The position numbers and the translations under genes are program-made. Of a DNA stretch of 64,000 bases, positions 59,039 to 64,000 are shown piece by piece (the first letter of the stretch is position 1; each line of letters begins with the position of its first letter). The notes under the pieces are model-generated. The model did not search any database and was not told the origin of the DNA. It was given only the letters and a program-made list of their open reading frames with translations. This DNA is from Bdellovibrionales bacterium (lineage in GTDB: Bacteria > Bdellovibrionota > Bdellovibrionia > Bdellovibrionales > UBA1609), in NCBI GenBank assembly GCA_023299885.1, contig JALZUS010000002.1, forward strand, positions 4,735 to 68,734. The letters are read 5' to 3'.

Positions 59039-60343
59039 CTAAAGTCCTTTAACCATGGACTTCATTCGATTCATAAAATTTCCAATTTTTTCTTTTGAAC
59101 TTGGCTTAAAAGTTTCGTTCATAAACCACTTTGACATAAACGCAATCATACCCAATGCACAAACTTCATTAACATGAGTCTGCCTTGGGTGTCTCAAGTG
59201 AGACTCTAAAACTGAGCCTTGCCTTACTGGTGTATCAAAAACATATTTAGCCATATCAACCAAGCCGTTTAAATGACTTCCGCCACCCGCTAAAACAATA
59301 CCTGATTCATATAAATTCACTTCAAGCTCTGAGCATATGCTCTCTTTGATCTTTAACAAAGTTTCTTCGCATCGCGCCTCTAATATTTCTGCGATGTTGA
59401 TTTTTTTAAATTCTTTATCAAAAGAATCGTCTTCTTTTGATGGAATAATAACAGTGTCATCAGGACTCACTCCATGAGTGAATGCAGAACCACTTTTTAT
59501 CTTTAAGTTCTCTGCCTCTAAACGAGAAACCTTAAGTCCCATACACAAATCTTGGGTGAAACGCTCACCGCCTACTTCAAAAAATAAACTTTTATCTATT
59601 TTGCCATCTTTAATAGCTATAACCTGTGTAGAAGATGAACCCATTTCAACAAGTATTACTCCTTTTTTTCTTTCAAAGTCAGAAAGTATAGATTCAGTTG
59701 TAGCAATAGGCTTATAAACAAAGGCTTTTAATCCCAAGCCTGCTAACTCACAAGCTTTAGAGATGTTTTTTAAAATAGAGTTAGCACATGTGATGATTTG
59801 TATATCACATTCTAGCCTTTTTCCTGACATTCCAATCGGATGAGATATGCCTTCATGATGGTCTACTTTAAACTTATAAGGAATCGCATGGATAATACTT
59901 TGGTGACTAGAAATTGGGATAGCTTTTGCAACCTCAATAGAGTCTTCTACGTCTGCTTCAGAAACTTCATTATCTTTAAGCAACACCATTCCATGAGAAT
60001 TAATAATTTCTATCTCAGGGCCACCTACAGAAACTAATGCCTCTTGTGCGCTCAGGCCTGCAATATTTTCCGCTTCTAATTTAGCAGACTGAATAGCTTT
60101 CACTAAGCTGTCTAAATTTGTAACAGTGCCGTTACTGTAAGCCTCATGATAAGAAATGCCTGTCGACACAATCTCTATATTATTTTCTGGCATAAAAAGA
60201 CGAGATAAAGAATAAGCTACTTTATTAGATCCAATGTCTAAGCAAGCTACAACAGCACTTTTTTCTAAAGAGTTATCAGTAAACTCTTTATCTTCAAGCT
60301 GGTTCCAGCCGGCATTAAGCCATGATTTTTTTAAGTCAGACAT
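59039..60343 (-). CDS. ftsA: Cell division protein FtsA
   Basis: 434-aa ORF with an actin-fold phosphate motif (LDIGSNKV, AGGGSHLNGL), a C-terminal amphipathic helix (IGNFMNRMKSMVKGL) and a position between ftsQ and ftsZ. Confidence 0.93.
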   Translation of the reverse strand: MSDLKKSWLNAGWNQLEDKEFTDNSLEKSAVVACLDIGSNKVAYSLSRLFMPENNIEIVSTGISYHEAYSNGTVTNLDSLVKAIQSAKLEAENIAGLSAQEALVSVGGPEIEIINSHGMVLLKDNEVSEADVEDSIEVAKAIPISSHQSIIHAIPYKFKVDHHEGISHPIGMSGKRLECDIQIITCANSILKNISKACELAGLGLKAFVYKPIATTESILSDFERKKGVILVEMGSSSTQVIAIKDGKIDKSLFFEVGGERFTQDLCMGLKVSRLEAENLKIKSGSAFTHGVSPDDTVIIPSKEDDSFDKEFKKINIAEILEARCEETLLKIKESICSELEVNLYESGIVLAGGGSHLNGLVDMAKYVFDTPVRQGSVLESHLRHPRQTHVNEVCALGMIAFMSKWFMNETFKPSSKEKIGNFMNRMKSMVKGL

Positions 60344-60436
60344 CCTATCCTTCTTTCAACTTTTGTCGGTGTGTTAAATTCACAACTCCGCCATTAGTCC
60401 TTTAGGGGTTCGTCTAGATTTCCCCATACTTTAAGA

Positions 60437-61165
60437 TTAGGGAGCCTCTTGTAACTTGACAACCACTTTCTCTCTGTAGCGAGCGTCTACAAGTCGAGCA
60501 TTCACTTCTTTAGTAACCAAATAGCGTAAGACTCGCTCTGCTCTAAGGGTTTTGCGGTTTAGCTCCTTTTCACCCAATAATATTCCTTCTGGACGTTGGT
60601 TTAGATGAATCTTGAAGCCTTTGTTTTTTATATATTCAATTTGCGAAACTTTGTCTTTTGAAATAAGGCCCTCTGCAGGCAATTCATTAAACCATTCTAT
60701 TATAAATTGCCGCTTTTCAATATTTTTTCTAAAGATTTCACCCTTTAAAATTGGCAAATCAATATAAGCATTTTTATTTTTTTTGATGTCAATTATTTTT
60801 GCATTCATGGTTACTACATAATTCAAACTCCCCTTAGACGAGAAATAAAACAAAGGTGTTTCTGCAGTTACTTTAGCAATTATTGTATTTGGTATTTTTC
60901 GACTGAGCTCAATTTTTTCTATACGTGGGTCTTCTACAGCCACTTCTGTTGCTTTCTTAAGGCCAATACTCCATAAATTACGGCCCTTTATATTTACAAG
61001 CTTTTCTCCTAAGCTCGACTGAACCATAAAATAATCTTTATTGCCTTCAAGGCCAGAGTTTACAGATATATTTACCTTTTTAACTTCAAAAAGCTCATCA
61101 TCAGACAAAAAGAAACATAAAAATCCAATAGTTAAAATGATAATTACAAAAGATGTCTTTTTCAT
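60437..61165 (-). CDS. ftsQ: Cell division protein FtsQ (POTRA domain)
   Basis: 242-aa ORF with an N-terminal TM helix (FVIIILTIGFLCFFL) followed by a POTRA-like region (FEVKKVNISVNSG). It lies between ddl and ftsA. Confidence 0.8.
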   Translation of the reverse strand: MKKTSFVIIILTIGFLCFFLSDDELFEVKKVNISVNSGLEGNKDYFMVQSSLGEKLVNIKGRNLWSIGLKKATEVAVEDPRIEKIELSRKIPNTIIAKVTAETPLFYFSSKGSLNYVVTMNAKIIDIKKNKNAYIDLPILKGEIFRKNIEKRQFIIEWFNELPAEGLISKDKVSQIEYIKNKGFKIHLNQRPEGILLGEKELNRKTLRAERVLRYLVTKEVNARLVDARYREKVVVKLQEAP

Positions 61166-61167
61166 GC

Positions 61168-62085
61168 TTACTCTTTCCCTTGATCGTAATCTAAAGCTGC
61201 AGAATCAATTAATTTTTGAATGACATCAGTAAATTCAAAACCCATTTTTTTAGCAGCCATAGGCAGCAAAGAAGTTTCTGTGCAGCCCGGCAAAGTGTTC
61301 ACTTCTAAAAAATAAGCTTTATCATTTTTAACAATATAGTCGACACGTGCCATTGACCTTAACTTTAAAAAATTGAAAATTTTCAAAGTATTGGCCTCTG
61401 CTTGCTGAAGCGCCACCTGGCTGATTCTTGGAGGCATGTGATATTTTGATTTACCTTTTGTGTACTTGCTTTCAAAATCATACAGGCCACTCAAGGGCTC
61501 AATTTCTACCGTAGGAAAAACTTCACCACGAGAAACACTAACGGTAATTTCTACACCTTCAATGAATTGTTCAATGAGGGCTTCCGAATCATATTTAAAA
61601 GTATCCCTTAGGGCTACTTCAGCCTCTTGCAGGCTCTTAACTTTATGAGCACCAAAACTTGATCCTTCACGAGCAGGCTTAATAAACCAAGGGAAACTAA
61701 AGAGAATATCACTTAAGTTATTTTTTTCACCGAGGATACATATTTGGCTTTTTGCCATCGGTATATCAATGAGTGATAGCATCTTCTTACAATCATCTTT
61801 ATTAAAACAAAGGCTAGAAGCCAAAACACCACTACCAGTATAAGGAATCTTTAAGTACTCCAAGAGTCCCTGCAAAATGCCGTCTTCACAGTACTGCCCG
61901 TGCACAGCCAACAATGCAACATCCGGATTAAATTGAGATAGCTCTTCGGGTAAATTTTTATTGGCTTCAAAAACTTGATACTTATAGCCCAATTGATCTA
62001 AGGCTTTCTGAAAGGCTTTAGAAGTTTTTTTACTTATAATGGCTTCTGCACCACTTCCACCCTCTATAACTGCTATCGACTTCAT
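61168..62085 (-). CDS. ddl: D-alanine--D-alanine ligase
   Basis: 305-aa ORF with LAVHGQYCEDGILQGLLE, an ATP-grasp region (FIKPAREGSSFG) and a C-terminal LEVNTLPG motif. Confidence 0.92.
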   Translation of the reverse strand: MKSIAVIEGGSGAEAIISKKTSKAFQKALDQLGYKYQVFEANKNLPEELSQFNPDVALLAVHGQYCEDGILQGLLEYLKIPYTGSGVLASSLCFNKDDCKKMLSLIDIPMAKSQICILGEKNNLSDILFSFPWFIKPAREGSSFGAHKVKSLQEAEVALRDTFKYDSEALIEQFIEGVEITVSVSRGEVFPTVEIEPLSGLYDFESKYTKGKSKYHMPPRISQVALQQAEANTLKIFNFLKLRSMARVDYIVKNDKAYFLEVNTLPGCTETSLLPMAAKKMGFEFTDVIQKLIDSAALDYDQGKE

Positions 62086-62333
62086 ATATTAAGCCTGACA
62101 CATGTATATAAATAATTCATCCACTATAAAATTACTGCTTACTTATAGCGCATATTATTAAACTTAAGCCTTATTGGAACAATGCAAAATTATTAACTAT
62201 GCGGCAAACCACTAATATCACTTGGCTTTTAGTCTAGTTCCAATATGGAACCTTTTTCCTACCCAACAGCATATATATAAGACATCATTGTAAAACTTAC
62301 AGGATGAAAGTCTAGCCAGCGGCGGGAGGCCCA

Positions 62334-64000
62334 GTGAAAACAAGAGTAAAAACAGCAATAAGAAATGTAGCCATTTTATTACTAACAATCACAAGCATAA
62401 GTATATCTGCTCATGCAGAAAAGGTAGCTATTAGCTTTGATTCAACATTAATGTATCAAAGCTTAAAGCAACAATTTAAAACTCCACAACATTTTCAACT
62501 GAGTAACAACCTACCTTCTGCCTTTAAAGCAATGAGTCCTCACAAAGGCGTTAAGCTAGTCAAAGAGCTTAAACACCTTGGCGTTATGTTTGTTGATGTT
62601 AAAAATGCAGACCAACTTGAAGCTTTAAAAAATCAAGATGGACTTCACCTTATGGAAAACGAAGTTATACCAGCTCCGCCATTTATTTCTGCTGGTGAAG
62701 CCGCTGAAACAGATCATGAAGGCGTTCCTTTAGAGCAACCATGGGGCATTCATGCCATTGATGCTGATTCAGCTTGGGATCTTTCTAACTACGGCGATGG
62801 CGTAAGAGTTATGGTTTTAGATAGTGGTATCGATAAAAATCACCCAGACCTTGTTGATAATTTTGAGGCTGGTAAAGATTTTGCTGGTGAAAACAAAAAC
62901 TCTCCTTACCCTTACTATGATAATACTGGAGGCCACGGGACACATGTTGCTGGAACTATTGCAGCTTCTGGTAAACACTCTGCACTCGTTGGCGTAGCTC
63001 CAAAAGCTAAAATTTTAGCCGGACGTGTTTGCGCTGAAGGTTGTGCAAGCTTTGATGTTTTAAGTGGTCTTAACTGGGCTATGAGAGAAAAAGTAGATGT
63101 TGTTAACCTTTCATTAGGTGGACCTTTCCCTAGCCTTTCTCGAACTTATAAAAAACTTCATGAGGCTGGCATCACTGTTGTTGCAGCCTCCGGTAACGAT
63201 GGGAGAGGCCATGTTTCTTACCCAGCAGGTCATCCAACAACAATTGCTGTTGGTGCCGTAGACTTTAAATATGAAAAAGCAGAGTTCTCTAACTGGGGTA
63301 AAGAACTTGATGTTATGGCACCAGGTGTAGATGTTATTTCTACATTGCCAACAGGAACAGGACGCAAATTAGTTTCTACTGAAATTACTATTGAAAGCTT
63401 AATTAGCGTTGGAGAGCCCACTTCTGAAACATTAGAGCACAAAGCCTTAGCTTTTAGCGGATCGGGCTTAGACAATGTAGAAGATCTGGAGCTTGAGTAT
63501 GTTGGCTTAGGAAAAGAAGAAGATCTAGAAGACATAGACCTTACTGGCAAAGCCGCACTTATTCAGCGTGGAGAAATTACTTTTGCCGATAAAGCTAAAC
63601 ATGCATTTAGCGCTGGCGCCGAAGCTGTCGTTATTTTTAATGCCGGCAAAGAAGATGACGAAAAATTTGATGCCTCTAAGCCTATTAGCGGCACTTTAGG
63701 TGACTTTAAAACAGATAAAGTTGTCATTGGTCTTTCTAGCGAAAAAGGCTTAGAAATCCTTGAGGCCTTAAAAAGCAAAAGCTCATTAGCTACAGTATCA
63801 ACTAATTTAATTGCTACTGACTATCAAACTTTTCAAGGAACATCGATGGCGTCACCTCATGTTGCTGGAGTTGTTGCACTTATGATTGCTGCTAACCCAA
63901 ATCTTGAGCCAGACGATATTAAAAAAATACTTAAAGAAACATCTTTAGAACTAGATGGCGAAAATTCAGAAAACCAATCTGGAGCCGGCCTAGTAAATGC
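62334..64000 (+). CDS. Secreted subtilisin-like serine protease (S8) with PA-domain insert, 5' part (runs off the right edge)
   Basis: Absent from the ORF track because it is open at the right edge. The GTG at 62334 is preceded by GGGAGG (62324-62329). My translation gives a signal peptide VKTRVKTAIRNVAILLLTITSISISAHA. It then gives VMVLDSGIDKNHPDL (Asp) and GHGTHVAGTIAA (His). A PA-like insert follows (GKAALIQRGEITFADKAKHAFSAGAEAVVIFN), then GTSMASPHVAGVVAL (Ser). The minus-strand ORFs 63230..63550 and 63563..63778 are shadows of this gene. Confidence 0.88.
   Translation, partial: MKTRVKTAIRNVAILLLTITSISISAHAEKVAISFDSTLMYQSLKQQFKTPQHFQLSNNLPSAFKAMSPHKGVKLVKELKHLGVMFVDVKNADQLEALKNQDGLHLMENEVIPAPPFISAGEAAETDHEGVPLEQPWGIHAIDADSAWDLSNYGDGVRVMVLDSGIDKNHPDLVDNFEAGKDFAGENKNSPYPYYDNTGGHGTHVAGTIAASGKHSALVGVAPKAKILAGRVCAEGCASFDVLSGLNWAMREKVDVVNLSLGGPFPSLSRTYKKLHEAGITVVAASGNDGRGHVSYPAGHPTTIAVGAVDFKYEKAEFSNWGKELDVMAPGVDVISTLPTGTGRKLVSTEITIESLISVGEPTSETLEHKALAFSGSGLDNVEDLELEYVGLGKEEDLEDIDLTGKAALIQRGEITFADKAKHAFSAGAEAVVIFNAGKEDDEKFDASKPISGTLGDFKTDKVVIGLSSEKGLEILEALKSKSSLATVSTNLIATDYQTFQGTSMASPHVAGVVALMIAANPNLEPDDIKKILKETSLELDGENSENQSGAGLVN

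Noticed and set aside
62175-62186. TGGAAC-aa-TGCA, resembling a sigma54 -24/-12 promoter, upstream of the second protease gene
   Set aside because: The GG and GC dinucleotides are about 8 nt apart rather than the required 10-11 nt, so the spacing is incompatible with sigma54.
62203-62210. GGCAAACC, reminiscent of the conserved core of the c-di-GMP-I (GEMM) riboswitch; a related TGCGGCAAA occurs at 29910-29918
   Set aside because: The flanking sequence cannot form the P1/P2 helices or the tetraloop/receptor of GEMM-I (only a CCA/TGG pairing is available). It is an isolated 8-mer match only.
62242-62251. The 10-mer AATATGGAAC, shared with the proposed groES -10 region (32061-32070), about 157 nt upstream of ddl on the minus strand
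   Set aside because: No CTTGAA-like -35 element lies at the right distance upstream of the ddl copy. A single repeated 10-mer in 64 kb is expected by chance.
63230-63778. Two minus-strand ORFs (106 aa and 71 aa) near the right edge
   Set aside because: They are shadows of the plus-strand S8/PA protease gene. That gene is missing from the ORF track only because it is open-ended.

Overview
AT-rich, very gene-dense chromosomal segment with about 55 protein-coding genes, three convergent 3' overlaps and many TAATG/ATGA-type translational couplings. Reading the ORFs and the intergenic gaps longer than about 90 bp by eye, I saw no rRNA, tRNA, CRISPR array, transposase, integrase or phage genes. 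Content from left to right: (1) nuoF'-nuoE-nuoCD-nuoB on the minus strand, with no nuoA. (2) A secreted S8 subtilase. (3) A minus-strand operon of about 13.5 kb (18365->4845) encoding a Myxococcus-type Agl/Glt gliding-motility core: TolQ plus two TolR, a 1270-aa TPR protein, a small secreted protein, an FHA/TonB-C protein, an OM beta-barrel, a 677-aa helical protein and a coiled-coil protein. It is headed by a GYF-GYF-PilZ protein and tailed by MscS and a VOC enzyme. (4) A HAD hydrolase. (5) A second long minus-strand operon (27724->19260): Cache-type pseudo-histidine kinase, GAF/degenerate GGDEF, alr, mlaE, mlaF, a large MCE protein and a GYF-TM-TPR protein. (6) nadB, an orphan CheY, groESL and rmuC. 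(7) Two large orphan secreted proteins, one TadG-like. (8) A secreted protein, two DppBC-like permeases and nagZ. (9) coaE-addB-addA-lipase-lipoprotein. (10) A Hanks kinase with PEGA domains and a glycine-zipper lipoprotein. (11) dcp-nadK-recN, lpxH and ddl-ftsQ-ftsA-ftsZ. (12) A second S8 subtilase with a PA insert that runs off the right edge. The gene content (Agl/Glt cluster, secreted proteases, low GC) suggests a Bdellovibrio-and-like predatory bacterium, possibly Bacteriovoracaceae/Halobacteriovorax-like; that taxonomic call is inference only. Most interesting observations: (a) an apparently c-di-GMP-competent PilZ domain fused to two GYF domains as the first gene of the gliding-motor operon; (b) a translationally coupled pair of doubly degenerate signalling proteins (pseudo-HK plus pseudo-GGDEF) heading the alr-mla operon; (c) a GC-rich structured element with plus-strand-specific G.U pairs and its own terminator between cheY and groEL, a candidate sRNA; (d) a perfect 17+17 palindrome in the nuoB/protease divergent region. 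I found no defence island or mobile element. All functional calls rest on motifs read by eye, not on database searches.
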